A stretch of 64,000 nt of DNA from an uncultured delta proteobacterium (GTDB lineage: Bacteria; Desulfobacterota; Desulfuromonadia; Desulfuromonadales; JACZKF01). The stretch covers positions 1 to 64,000 of the forward strand of contig CAWFKQ010000009.1 of NCBI GenBank assembly GCA_963816395.1. The letters are read 5' to 3'. The notes beneath the pieces were generated by a model. The model saw only the letters and a program-made list of their open reading frames with translations, was not told where the DNA came from and did not search any database. Below are positions 17,931 through 29,555 of the stretch, piece after piece. The position numbers and the translations under genes were made by a program. How positions within the stretch are numbered: the stretch's first letter is position 1; every line of letters begins with the position of its first letter.

Positions 17931-18442
17931 TTCACAGCCTCCGCCTTCTTAAGGCGCGTAGCGGCGTCTCGGACCGAATCGACAATTTTGGCGTATCCGG
18001 TACATCTGCAAACCTGTCCGGAGAGCGCTGCCCGAATCTCAGAGTCGCTCGGCGAAGGTTTTTCATCCAACAGCGCCTTGGCGGTTAGGATCATCCCCGG
18101 GCTACAGTAACCACACTGAATTCCGTGCTTCTCAACAAAAGCCTCTTGGATGGGGTGTAGTTGCTCTGGCCGGTTCCCAGGCCAGGAATCCGCTAGCCCC
18201 TCGATGGTTTGGATCTCTTTATTCCCGGCCTCCACTGCGAGGGTGAGACACCCGCGCACCGGCTTGCCGTCCATAAGAACCGTGCAGGTGCCGCAGCCCC
18301 CTACACCGCACCCCTCTTTTGCCCCGGTGAGCCCCAGATCTTCTCGAAGCACCTCCAATAAGGTTTTCCGGGGCTCGACCAAAAGCTCTCTACAACTCCC
18401 GTTCACATTAAGAGTCAGATAAACCTTCTTTGGCTGCTCCAT
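17927..18442 (-). CDS. Two-[2Fe-2S] small subunit (CoxS/HcrC-like)
   Basis: GCGVGGCGTCTV...C; QCGYCSPG...CRCTGY. Confidence 0.93.
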   Translation of the reverse strand: MEQPKKVYLTLNVNGSCRELLVEPRKTLLEVLREDLGLTGAKEGCGVGGCGTCTVLMDGKPVRGCLTLAVEAGNKEIQTIEGLADSWPGNRPEQLHPIQEAFVEKHGIQCGYCSPGMILTAKALLDEKPSPSDSEIRAALSGQVCRCTGYAKIVDSVRDAATRLKKAEAVK

Positions 18443-18465
18443 TTTATTTCCCTTCTTCGCAGCGT

Positions 18466-19461
18466 CTATCGTTGAGAGATTCGCTGCCAGGCTGCGAGCG
18501 CCGCACGCTTTGCCAGGACCCCAGCAACTTTCCTTCGATAGGCGGGCGTTAAATCGACATTTTTTACCGGCTTGGCGGCTGCCGTACAGGCGGCTGCAAC
18601 CTCCACGAGCACATCGTCCTCCAGCTTGGAGCCCACCAGGGCAGCTTCAGCTTCCGCAACGCGCCTGGGGGCAGAAGCCACCGCCCCCAGGACAACCCGG
18701 GCACTGGAGCACAGACCATCGGCTCCACGCTCCAGACAAACCGCAGCGGCGGCCGCGGGGAAATCCAGCCCCTTGCGCGTCCGCAGTTTCAGGTAAGCGG
18801 AAGAGGCGTCGTTCTGCGCTTCCGGTATTTCTATTGATAGGAGGATCTCGCTCGGCTGGAGGTTGAGAGGTGAAACGCCATCGCCCGAGTAGAGCGCCTC
18901 CAGGGGAATCGTGCGCTCCCCTTCCGGACTCTTCAGGAGCGCCTTTGCGCCCACTGCGATAAACGTGGGGGCGAGGTCCGACTGGTGGCAGGAACGACAT
19001 ACGGGGGGGCCGCTTACCACATGGCAGACCTGGCCTCCAGCCTTCAGGCATGCGGGGCGGCCGCTGCGCCAGAAAGCGCTCTGGTTGAAGAACATGCAGC
19101 GGGTATCGAGGCACAGATTGCCGCCCACTGTTGCGGTGCTTCGGATCGGCGGGGCGGCAACCAGGGCGGCGGCTTCGGGCAGCGCCTTGAGGCTTACAGG
19201 GGGTTGCCAACGCTCCATATCCCACAGTGAAGTTCCGGCGCCGATTCGCCACCCCCCCGACACTTGTTCGATCCCCGCCAAGGAAAGAGAAGAAAGGCTA
19301 ACCAGGGTGCGAGCTCTGTGAAGACCATTTTTGAGGGCAGGCACTACGTCTGTTCCGCCAGCGACAACGAGGGCTTCAGGTGTCTCAGATAGAATACGGA
19401 CCGCCTCTTCGACAGAGGTCGGCTTGAGGATTGTTACATGGGGAAGACGCAGCATTTCCAA
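18466..19461 (-). CDS. FAD-binding medium subunit with a [4Fe-4S] insertion (HcrB-like)
   Basis: AGGTD, ATVGGNLC and the Cys insert RC..FNQSAFWR...CLKAGGQVC...C characteristic of 4-hydroxybenzoyl-CoA reductase beta. Confidence 0.88.
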   Translation of the reverse strand: MEMLRLPHVTILKPTSVEEAVRILSETPEALVVAGGTDVVPALKNGLHRARTLVSLSSLSLAGIEQVSGGWRIGAGTSLWDMERWQPPVSLKALPEAAALVAAPPIRSTATVGGNLCLDTRCMFFNQSAFWRSGRPACLKAGGQVCHVVSGPPVCRSCHQSDLAPTFIAVGAKALLKSPEGERTIPLEALYSGDGVSPLNLQPSEILLSIEIPEAQNDASSAYLKLRTRKGLDFPAAAAAVCLERGADGLCSSARVVLGAVASAPRRVAEAEAALVGSKLEDDVLVEVAAACTAAAKPVKNVDLTPAYRRKVAGVLAKRAALAAWQRISQR

Positions 19462-19692
19462 CTCCGATGGATTAAATTATTTTCCACCTCAGCGCGACGA
19501 AACGCTCACCGCCAGGGCCAGGAGAGGGCCATCTAGCGCGAAACACAATGTAAAGCTACTGGAAATTGTCCAGCCTGGATATTGCACTTTGGTGCAGTTA
19601 ATTTCACTCTCTTTTTAAAGTAAGGTAACTGTCACGGGGTGGGCGGGTCTTAGCCTCGCCACCCCAGAAACTGTCCGTCCCGGAGGAGTTCC

Positions 19693-20279
19693 ATGCCCCT
19701 ATTGTTCAACTCGTTGAGCCATGGTGTTGTTTCGTTTGGTTTCTACAACATCGAGACGGATGGTTTGCTGCTGGGGCAACACTTTTTCTTTTGCACGGAT
19801 TTTTGCATCGCAATGAAAGCGCTCTTCAGAAAGCCTCTGGGGAGGAGGCGGCAACCACCGCGCTTTCTGGGCACGTTTTCCCCGATCCACAACGGATCGG
19901 CGATCTCAGGGGGGGAATAGACGGTTCTCGCCACACCGGATTTTTTGGCGAACTCTACCGTATTTGGCCTTTCCCCGAGGCACCGGAGGCATTCCGGCAG
20001 AAGCTCCACTGCTTCGGGAATCGTACGAAAACCCTTGCCCTGCTGGGGCGCATGGCCGATCCCGTGGAGATTCAGGTGGCGCGAGAAACGAACTTCCGAC
20101 GGGTGCATATCGGCCCTTACCACTTCTCCCCTGGCGGGTTCGCGCGTCTGCTGCAGTACATAGTTCGGGGCGGCTATCCTACTTGGGAGGATCACGACGA
20201 GAGCCAATTGCCTGAGGAGTTGCTGGTGGTGCGCCAACTTCTGGCGCAACACGAAGAATGGCTGGCGGAGGATCCTTGA
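19693..20279 (+). CDS. Hypothetical protein (frameshift near 19840)
   Basis: RBS ggagg at 19682; two overlapping ORFs join into one plausible protein MPLLFNSLSHGVVSFGFYNIETD...YIVRGGYPTW. Confidence 0.6.
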
Positions 20280-20392
20280 GGCCGACAACCAACCCCAACC
20301 TCTTTATTTGATAATATTTTTTTGGGTCCTTCTCTATTTCTAAACAGGGTAGGTCGGACTCCGTCAGCTAAGCTTATCGAAAATTGGTAGCC

Positions 20393-21301
20393 ATGTTCAC
20401 TTCCTTAGAGAGCATCACCGAAACCCTTAAAAAAGAACACTACGTCGCAGACCGTGCACTGGCAACCGTACTGTACCTTAGCCAGGTGCTGGGGAAGCCC
20501 CTGTTCCTTGAAGGGGAGCCGGGCGTCGGCAAAACCCAGCTTGCGGTAGTACTCGCACGGGCTTTGGGAACGCGCTTCATCCGCCTGCAATGCTACGAAG
20601 GATTGGATGCAGCCACCGCCATCTACGAGTGGAACTACCAGCGCCAGATCCTGGAGATCAAATTGCAGGAGCAGTGCAGGGACCGCGAGGAACTGGGCCG
20701 CTCGATCTTCCGCGAGGAGTTCCTGATCAAACGCCCCTTACTCGAAGCCATAATGCATCCGGGGCCAGTCCCGGCGGTATTATTGATTGACGAGCTCGAC
20801 CGCGCCGACGAAGAGTTCGAGGCCTTTCTTCTGGAGGTGCTGGCGGATAACCAGATAACAATCCCCGAATTGGGGACCATTCGCGCAGTTGTGCCACCCC
20901 TGGTGATTCTCACCTCCAACAGAACCCGGGAAGTGCACGACGCCCTCAAGCGGCGCTGCCTTTATCACTGGATCGACTACCCTGATTTCGAAAAGGAGTA
21001 CGCCATCGTCAAGGCGCACCTCCCGGCGGCTGAGGACAAACTCACGGAACAGGTGTGCCGCTTTATGGAGCGCATCCGTACTGAAGATTTTCTCAAAAAA
21101 CCAGGCATCGCAGAGACCCTGGACTGGGCTGCCGCCCTGCTGGCGTTGAATAAGCATTCCCTGGATTCCGAAGTGGTGGAGAGCACGCTGGGCTGCATTT
21201 TTAAAAACCAGCAGGATCTGAACGTATTTCGCAGTCAGGACTGGTCTGCGCCGGATCAGCAGGCGGATTTCCTCAACCAGATCAAATCCGAAATCTGCTG
21301 A
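20393..21301 (+). CDS. MoxR-family AAA+ ATPase (CoxD-like)
   Basis: EGEPGVGKT, RLQCYEGLD, LLIDELDRADEEFE, TSNRTREVHDALKRRC. Confidence 0.92.
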   Translation: MFTSLESITETLKKEHYVADRALATVLYLSQVLGKPLFLEGEPGVGKTQLAVVLARALGTRFIRLQCYEGLDAATAIYEWNYQRQILEIKLQEQCRDREELGRSIFREEFLIKRPLLEAIMHPGPVPAVLLIDELDRADEEFEAFLLEVLADNQITIPELGTIRAVVPPLVILTSNRTREVHDALKRRCLYHWIDYPDFEKEYAIVKAHLPAAEDKLTEQVCRFMERIRTEDFLKKPGIAETLDWAAALLALNKHSLDSEVVESTLGCIFKNQQDLNVFRSQDWSAPDQQADFLNQIKSEIC

Positions 21302-21303
21302 GA

Positions 21304-22498
21304 ATGCCGCCCGGGGACGGAATGGTGTTGGAGACTCCGTTGGCCCATCCACAATGCCCGGATGCCATCAGACAGACTAGTGGGCAACCACCCGGCGGAA
21401 TGATCGGCAACGTGGTCTCTTTTTCCCGCTTCCTCAAAGAGGGGGGGATTGCCAGCCATCCCGCCGCAGTTCTGGATGCATGCCGTTCACTCGAAGCTGT
21501 CGATATCACCGATCGCCTTCAGGTCTACTGGGCGCTTCGCGCCAACTTCGTGACCCGGCGCGAACAAAAAGAGCCTTTCGATCACCTCTACTCCCTCTTC
21601 TGGGAGCAGGGGATCAGGCTGCTCAATCCGGAACCCGATCAGTCCGGCGCACAACCTCGGGGTGAAGCAAACGGCGGGAAAGGAGGCAAGGATGTCGACG
21701 TGCTGTTACAGGACCGTCCTGCCTCTGGAGGGGCGAGTTCGGCGGAACGGTTAGTCAAGAAGGATCTGCGCCATCTCCTGGCCGTGGAGCATCCGGCCGC
21801 ACAAGAAGCTCTCCAGCTCCTCCTGGCAAAGCTGCGGACCCGCGCCAGCCGCAGAACCCGCCCGGCCTCGCACGGCCGAGAGATATCTTTTCGCCATACC
21901 TTCCGAAAAAATGCGCCTGCTGGGAGGCGACATCCTGCACCTGATCCACAAGGCGAAGCGGATCCGCAAACGTCGCCTTGTGTTTTTAGGGGACGTGTCG
22001 GGCTCCATGGATGTGTATGGGCGGTTCTTCCTGCTGATGGCCCATGCGCTGGCGCGCTGCGAGAGCAGCTCCGCCGTGTACGCCTTCTCTACCCGGCTCT
22101 TCCAGCTCATGGAGTTCTTGCGGGACAGGGATGCCACTAGAGCTGTCGAGCGAGTCGCCGAACAGACCCGGGGCTGGTCTGGCGGCACTCACGTTGGCCA
22201 CTGCATCGGCGAGCTGAACCGCGAGCTCAGGGTTCGCGGTCACCAGAAGGAGATGGTCGTCGTTATCTTCAGTGACGGGTGGGACCGTGGAGACCCCGCC
22301 GTCCTGAAGCGTGAGATTGTGCGGTTGAAGAGCTCGGTCAGGCGGCTGATTTGGCTTAACCCCCTCAAGGCAGACCCTGAATACCATCCCTTGAGCCGCG
22401 GCATGGCGACCGTCCTGCCCTACCTCGACAGCTTCCACGCTGCCAACAGCGTGGAAACGCTCGTGGCCGTTGCCCGTGAGCTGACACAAAGCAGGTAA
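21304..22498 (+). CDS. VWA-domain protein, CoxE-like (frameshift near 21910)
   Basis: MIDAS DVSGSM, FSTRL, WSGGT, SDGWDRGD, WLNPL. Confidence 0.85.
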
Positions 22499-22499
22499 C

Positions 22500-23134
22500 A
22501 AATCCCTCACACATGCCGCGCCTCGATAGCCCAGGGTAGCGGCCATCTTCACCAGTTCCGCCAAAGATTTTGCCTTCATCTTCTCCATCACTTGGCGGCG
22601 ATGTACTTTGACGGTTCCCTCCTGGATCCCCAGTTCATAGGCTATCTGCTTGTTAAGCGCGCCCGAGATTACAAAGGCGAAGATCTCTTGTTCCCGAGGA
22701 GTGAGTCCGCTGGCCCTCTCCTGAAACTCTTTCAGTTGAGTTCTTGCAAGCCTCCGGTTTCGGTCTTTCTCGAACGATTCATTTATCGCATCCAGAAGTT
22801 CCCGGCTTTCAAAAGGCTTCTGCAAGAAATTGACAGCCCCAGCCCTCATCGCCTGCACACTCATGGGCACGTCGCCGTGACCCGTGATGAAGACAATCGG
22901 CAAGTCCCTGCCGATTTTCACCAACTCCGACTGGAGCTCCATTCCGTCCATTCCAGGCATCCGGATATCCAGCAGCAGGCAGCAAGGACGGTCATGGAGA
23001 CTAGCCGATAAAAACTCCTGGGCACATGAAAAAGTGATGTTATCAATTCCTGCGGCGAGCAGCAGCCGCTGCAAAGAACTGCGCATCGACGTGTCGTCGT
23101 CGACTATGATAACGATCGGTTTATCATCTTGCAT
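22500..23134 (-). CDS. FixJ/TodT-type response regulator (3' end approximate)
   Basis: REC domain (IVDDD, LLDIRMPG, FITGHGD, KP) plus LuxR HTH (LTPREQE...NKQIA...TVKVHR). Confidence 0.9.
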
Positions 23135-25200
23135 GGGTACCCCTTTCCCTGATGGGCAGGGAGAAGCTGAATGTTGCCCCCCCTACAACTCTGGGTTCCA
23201 ACCAAATTCGTCCACCGTGGGCGTTCAAGATGGAGCGGCAGATCGACAAACCCATTCCCATCCCCTCCCGCTTGGTTGTGAAGAAAGCATTGAAGATGCG
23301 CTCGGCGAATTCTTCATCAATGCCCGGGCCATTGTCGGTGATCGAAACTTTGATATCTCCCTTGATCCGCGAGAGACGTGCTTATAGTCAATTGGCCATT
23401 TGACGGCATGGCGTTCATGGCCTGGACCCCGTTGAGTATCAGATTGATAAGAACCTGCTGGAGTTGGACGGGATCTCCCTGAGCCTCGGGGAGTTCAGGG
23501 GTCAACTGGGTGGTAATCTTTAATTTGTGGAGGTTTGCGTCATTACGAACGAGTAAAAGCACATCTTTTACGAGTTCGTTGATCTGGATCGGATCGGACT
23601 TGACGTCTCCCTTGACCACATAGGCGCGTAATCTCCTTATCACCTCGCTGGCCCGCCGGTCGTCTGAGACGATATCCTTCAGCGCCTCCTTGACCTCTTT
23701 CAAATCCGGCGGGTCTCTCTCCAGGAATATCTCAGCAGCTTGAGCATTGTTGAGAATGGCCGCTAGTGGTTGGTTGAGCTCGTGCACCATGGACGCCGCC
23801 ATCTCACCCAACGTCGCGACACGGGTAACGTGGGCCAGTTCGTCGCGCTGGCGCTGGACCTCCATCTCAACTCTCTTCCAGTCCGTGACATCCCGCACCA
23901 ATGAGTAAAACCCCAACACCTGCCCGCCGGGGTCAAGGTGAGGTACATAGCTCGCTTCTACAAACCTCGCTTCCTTACCTTGGCGCGGCTTCATTTCCGT
24001 CCTGTAGTTGACCGGGAGGCCCGACAACGCCTTGTCCACGTAAGGTTTGCACCGCGCGTAGTTCTCCTCGCCAAGAACCTCCAGCATGGTCGCGCCATGC
24101 ACCGCATCGGCGGGTATGCCGTGCCACTGTTCATAGGCCTTGTTGGTGTACCGATACCGGCGATCCCCTCCTACGTATGCAATAAGTTGGGGCAAGGCAT
24201 CTGTAATCATACGAATCCGTTTTTCACTGTTTGCCAGGTCCTTCTCCGCCCGCCGGCGAGCTATCGCATTTGCAAAGATGCCACCAACGAAGCGAAGCTC
24301 TTCAACCATCTCATCTGGCCAGTCGTACTCTTTGGTAAAAGAGTCGATCAAAAAGGCGCCGAGAAACGAGCCCCCAACCTTGAGGGGGACCATGAGCCCG
24401 GCTTGAATTCCCTCTGCTTTAGCGAAACGCTTTTCGTGAACCCAGTTGTTGGGAATCTCTTCCCGGCCTCGAAACCGATAAGGTTCCCCCCCCCTGATTC
24501 TCTCGGTGAGCATAGGCATGAATTGGTGTGTTCCTAAGTTGAGCGGGTTGGCGATTCCACTCTTCACCCAACAGTGTAGCGTCTGGTAGCTCTTCCCACC
24601 CGGCTGGACCTCGGCAAAAGTACATCGCTCCAGCTCGAAGAACTCCCCGACCTGCTCCAACCCCTTTTCTATCTCCCGATCTACGTCACGAGGGGGCAAA
24701 TTAACGAACTTGGCGGAGAGATTAGAGACAAGATTTTGATACTTGAGCCTCCGCTCCAGCTCCGCTTCGACGCGATGACGCCGGGGTTCCTCCATGCCAA
24801 TGGCAATGCCTAGTTCAGTGCCACAGACATGATGTAGGAGCCATGCCAACTTCCTTTCACGGGCGTTTTTTGAAACCTCCGGCCAAGGGCCTTCGATCAT
24901 AATTGTGCCCACTGTGAAAACTTCCGTTGGCAGATGCCTCTCTTGATCTAAACCCAGTACAGAGGTGACGGTAGTGTTCTCCTTTAAGCCTCCATCCGCG
25001 GCTCCCTCCCAGAGTTTAGCCATGTTTTCGTTCCAGCGACGGAGTTGCCCAGCCCTGTCGAAAATAAAGACATATCCAAGCTTGCTCTGGAGAAGGCTAT
25101 CCGCTAGCGGCATGGATACATGCTGGGGTGTTCCACTCTTTCGTGAATCTATACATTGCCCCACGGCCTTCAATCCGTGGGGATCGTTTGCGGTGTTCAT
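23124..25200 (-). CDS. GAF/PAS sensor histidine kinase (frameshift near 23350)
   Basis: HELNQPL H-box, QQVLINLILNG N-box; G boxes GPGI...FFTTKREGMGMGL in the shifted frame. Confidence 0.88.
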
Positions 25201-25329
25201 AGCAAGCCCCAACCAGTTCGTTCTGTCAGTGTGTATTTGCGAACGTCATTTGCGGATTCCAATTTTACCGCTGGCATTTCGGCAATTAGAAAAGGTGCTC
25301 TACATCTCATGGGCCGTAAGGCAACACGC

Positions 25330-26865
25330 CTACAATGTCTTCAGAAGCTCCACTTTACGGACTTTCCCCAAAGAGGTCCGTGGCAGGGTACTTAAGAAGA
25401 CATACCGTGTCGGGCATTTGTATCGAGCCAGGCGCTCATGGCAGAAGGCGTCCAGTTCAGCCTGCTTTAAAGTGGCGCCGTCCGCGCAAACGATGAACGC
25501 ACAACCAGTCTGCCCCCAGACGTTGTCATCCACACCGACCACCGCCACTTCGTCCACCCCCGGGTGTTCCTCCAGCACCTGCTCGACCTCTGTCGTGCTT
25601 ACGTTCTCGCCCCCCGATATGAACATGTCACGCGCCCGATCAACCAAAAAGAAGCCCCCCCCTTCGTCGCGGCGCGCCAGATCTCCCGTACGCAGCCATC
25701 CATTGCTGAAAACCGCTCTCGTCTGTTCGGGGTTACGCCAATAGCCGGTCATCACCACCGGACCGCGCACTACAATTTCTCCTATCAGCCCAGGGCCAAC
25801 GGGCCGACCGTCTGAGTTCTGCAACTGCACTTCAGCATGTAACACAGGTCTGCCAACACAGCCAGGGCGCTCCAAGAGGTCCTTCTCGGAAGCCCAGAGG
25901 ATTATCGATGTCTCCGTCTGCCCCATCAATTCACGCATCGGGAATCCCGCGTCGATGCATTCCGCGATCAGCGACGGGGTCGATTTCTCCCCGCCGATGG
26001 CGCAGACCTTTAGCGAGGAGAATCCCTTGCGCTCGCCGGGCGGCACAGCCAGGAGCAATCGATAGATCGTGGGCACTCCGAGGAACGTCGTGACTCCATA
26101 CCTTTCCACCTCGGTGAAAAAATTCTTTGCGCTGAAGCGCCGGGAAAGGACAACCGTCAGCCCGGCGTATAGTGCCGAGGAAAGCTGGATCAACAGCCCA
26201 CCGGAGTGAAAAAGCGGCAATACGAGTAGCATTACGTCGTCGCGTGACAGTTCAAGGAAAAAGACGGCGTTCAAGCTGTTGAAGAAAGTCTTACGGTAGG
26301 AAAGGAGCGCGCCCTTTGGATTTCCGGTGGTTCCGGAGGTGTACATGAGGATCTGCGCATCTTCCGGATCCCGGGTCAAATTCCCGGCATCTGGGATAAA
26401 CCCTTCGTCAGAGAGGGCTTCGAGTTCAGCGTGGTAGTCCCGGCCCTGCTCTCCTCCGGGTTTACCCAACCACACCACTTTTACATCGCGCACTGCCGAA
26501 GCGATTTCGTTCCCGCCCAGCACAGGCTGAAACTCCCAGTCCGTCACCAGCACTGCGGCTGCGGAATCTTTAAGGAGGTAGGCCAGCTCCTGGCCGGTGG
26601 AGCGATGGTTTAGCGGAACGAAAATCACCCCGATTTGCGAACACGCCAAATAGAGGTCAACAAATTCGGGGCAGTTGCGAAGCAATACCGCGATCCTGTC
26701 GCCGGTTGACACCCCCATCGAGCGCAGCCATTTAGCCGCAGTGTCGGCGCCGCGCTCCAGCTCGGCATAGCATATGATACGATCCCCATAGATCAGAGCG
26801 GGTTTATCCGGCTGCCGTTGAGCCCAGTACCGCACCCAATGGTCCACCTTCTTGGATTCGTTCAT
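25330..26865 (-). CDS. AMP-forming acyl/aryl-CoA ligase
   Basis: YTSGTTGNPKG, GQTE, GWLRTGD, DMFISGGENV, LPRTSLGKV. Confidence 0.92.
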   Translation of the reverse strand: MNESKKVDHWVRYWAQRQPDKPALIYGDRIICYAELERGADTAAKWLRSMGVSTGDRIAVLLRNCPEFVDLYLACSQIGVIFVPLNHRSTGQELAYLLKDSAAAVLVTDWEFQPVLGGNEIASAVRDVKVVWLGKPGGEQGRDYHAELEALSDEGFIPDAGNLTRDPEDAQILMYTSGTTGNPKGALLSYRKTFFNSLNAVFFLELSRDDVMLLVLPLFHSGGLLIQLSSALYAGLTVVLSRRFSAKNFFTEVERYGVTTFLGVPTIYRLLLAVPPGERKGFSSLKVCAIGGEKSTPSLIAECIDAGFPMRELMGQTETSIILWASEKDLLERPGCVGRPVLHAEVQLQNSDGRPVGPGLIGEIVVRGPVVMTGYWRNPEQTRAVFSNGWLRTGDLARRDEGGGFFLVDRARDMFISGGENVSTTEVEQVLEEHPGVDEVAVVGVDDNVWGQTGCAFIVCADGATLKQAELDAFCHERLARYKCPTRYVFLSTLPRTSLGKVRKVELLKTL

Positions 26866-27188
26866 GCGAGTTCCTCAATGCCGATCATTAAAGCCTCAAA
26901 TGCACTCCCGTAAACCAGGAAAGAGCCGTCCCCTGAGGTGTTTTCAGGTCGACAGTTCCACATTGTCGAGCTTCGGTCAGGCTCCTCCGTCACATGTTGA
27001 AGCGACCGAGTATCGCCTCAAGCGCGCTCCCCCCGAGGGTACGGGCTTTCTCTGAGATTGTCCAGCAATAGGAGAGTTCACCCCGCGGATCCACGTCGCC
27101 ATCCATAATCACTTTCAGCTAAAAATCTGCCGAGACCATAACTTCGACCTCGGCACTTTATTACAAGGAGAGTGAACTGGCTGGTAAA

Positions 27189-29512
27189 TCAGATTGCGTC
27201 GGTACGCTTCCCTTCCTTCTTGCGCAAAGCTTTGAGTACAACCTCAGGCTTCATGGGAAGCTCATGGATGCGCACGCCCACAGCGTCGTAAATTGCGTTG
27301 GCAATAGCGGGAGCGGTGGGAACCAATCCCGGCTCGCCGACGCCTTTTGCGCCAAAGGGACCCGAAGGATCATTGGTCTCCACCAACTCCACCCCGATGG
27401 GGATCGCATCCATTGCGGTGAGGATTCTATAGTCACTGAAGTTCGGGTTCAGGAGACGGCCCTGCTGGAAGATCATCTCCTCGGACAGGGCGTATCCGAC
27501 TCCCATGAGAACTGCGCCGTGAATCTGCCCCTTCAGAAGCCTGGGGTTGATGGCACGTCCCACGTCGTGGGCTGCCACATAATTGACGATTTCCACCTGG
27601 CCGGTGTCGGTATCGACCTCCACCTCGACTCCGTGGCAACCCCAAACGTAACTGGCGGAGAAATCCCCTTTGAAGTCCCCGGAAAGCAGATCCGTTGGAG
27701 GCTCGTAGAAGTGGGCCGTCATGAACATGGTGTTGGCGGAGGGAGCAAAGTGTGCCTTGCGGAGAAGTTTCCCGAGAGGAATGTTTTTGGAGGGGTCCTC
27801 TTTGCACACCACAACCATATCCTCAATGTCCAGGATCTCGCGGGGCGCTTCAAGGAGATCCTCCGCAAACTGAAGGATCTGGTCCTTGATCTCCTTGGCT
27901 GCCCCAAGGGCGGAATTGCCGGCTATAAAGGTAGAACGAGAGGCATGGACACCCACGTCCCAGGGGCATACGTCCGTATCGCCAACAACGATATTTACCA
28001 TGCTGGTGGGGATACCCAAGGTCTCGGAGACTATTTGCCTCAGCACAGTGTCAAGGCCCTGGCCAATCTCCATGGATCCGCTAAACACGTCTACGCGACC
28101 CATGTCGTCCATCTTTATGATCGTACCGCAACCGTCGGACTTGTAGATTTTTGCGCCGCCGCCATTGTGTAAAAGGCTGGCAAGTCCCACCCCACGCACT
28201 TTGGGCCCAGCCGATTTGGGCGACTCCTTCTTATCTTTCCAGTTGATCTTTTTCGCCACCGTTTCAAGACATTCCCGGTGTCCACAAGTCTTGAAATTAA
28301 ATCCCTGTGGAGAAATCTCTTTCTCAACGTTGGCGTTAAGCAACCTCATCTGTAGCGGATCGATTCCGGCAGCCTCGGCCAACTCGTCGAGGTTAGACTC
28401 GATTGCGTAGTTCACCTGGGGGTTTCCGTAGCCCCTGAAAGCCTGTGCATAGGTGTTGTTGGTATATACGCAGACCGCCTTGTACCTGATATTGGGGACC
28501 CTGTAGAGGCTGGTAGCGGGCATCATGGCGACGCTGGGCGTGGTGGCGCCCCATGAGGTGTACGCCCCGTTGTCCAGGAGCAGTGACATGTCCCTGAAGG
28601 TAAGTTTGCCCTCTTTGGTGCACCCCTGACGTACACGGATTTTCATCGGCTGACGCGGACTGGTAGCAGTGAACTCATGCTGACGATCGAAGAGGATCTT
28701 CACCGGCTTTCCGGTTCTATGCGCAAGTAGGATTGCAATATACTCATGGGCGTAGGTGTCAAGCTTCGAGCCGAAAGCGCCGCCGAGCGCTGCGTTGACT
28801 ACCCTCACGCGCCCGTTCAGTCCCATGGCCGCGAGCGCTTCCTGGTAATCCGACTTGGCCAGACTCGGGATCTGGGTGTTGCAATGCACCGTTAAATCGC
28901 CGTGATTATCGAAGGAGGCTATACAGCCAGAGGTCGCCATGCAGCAATGGGAGACCCAACCAACCTCGTACTCACCCTCGACGACGAATCCGCTTCCTGC
29001 TCACCCGCTTCGAGATCCCCAGCCTCGAACTTCCAGGGAAGTCGCAAGCGGTTGTCCTTTAAGGGCTTGCCTTTCGGATCCGTCTCGTGCAGCAACAGCG
29101 CCCCCTCCGCAAGAGCCTCTTCAGGATCGAAGAGCGCGGGGAGGTCCTCATAGGTCACCTTAATCTTCGAGATAGCCTCCCTCGCTGCTTCCTCCGAGAT
29201 GGCGGCAACAGCTGCGACCTCATCTCGATACTGGCGAACGCGGTCCTTCTTTAATGCCGTGTTATCCTTTAAGAACCCGAAGCGGACCTCCGGCGTATTG
29301 TTGGCGGTGATAACCGCGCGCACGCCCGGTGTGGCTTCGGCTTCTGAGGTGTCGATATCGACTATCCGCGCGCTGACGCGGTCGGAGTAGAGAATCTGGC
29401 CATACAGCATGCCCGACAGCTTCACATCGTGGATATAGGAAATTCGCCCGGTAAGTTTTTCCGTGGCATCGTGCTTGGGAAGGGATTTCCCTACCGCCTT
29501 CAGTTCAGCCAT
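27189..29512 (-). CDS. Second xanthine dehydrogenase-family molybdopterin subunit (frameshift near 28960)
   Basis: GGAFGSK, AFRGYG, EIGQG, HDVGRAINP, GAKGVGE with the catalytic Glu. Confidence 0.88.
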
Positions 29513-29555
29513 CTGCCTTCTCCCCAGCGGCTGCTGCACCGCTTGAACTCGGTCA

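Noticed and set aside
21986..22500. C-terminal extension of the response regulator overlapping the coxE-like gene antisense
   Set aside because: The domain ends after the LuxR HTH; the extension is probably a lost stop codon or indel
26866..27188. Short ORF with an in-frame TGA between the Mo subunit and the CoA ligase
   Set aside because: No recognisable motif, RBS or SECIS-like hairpin
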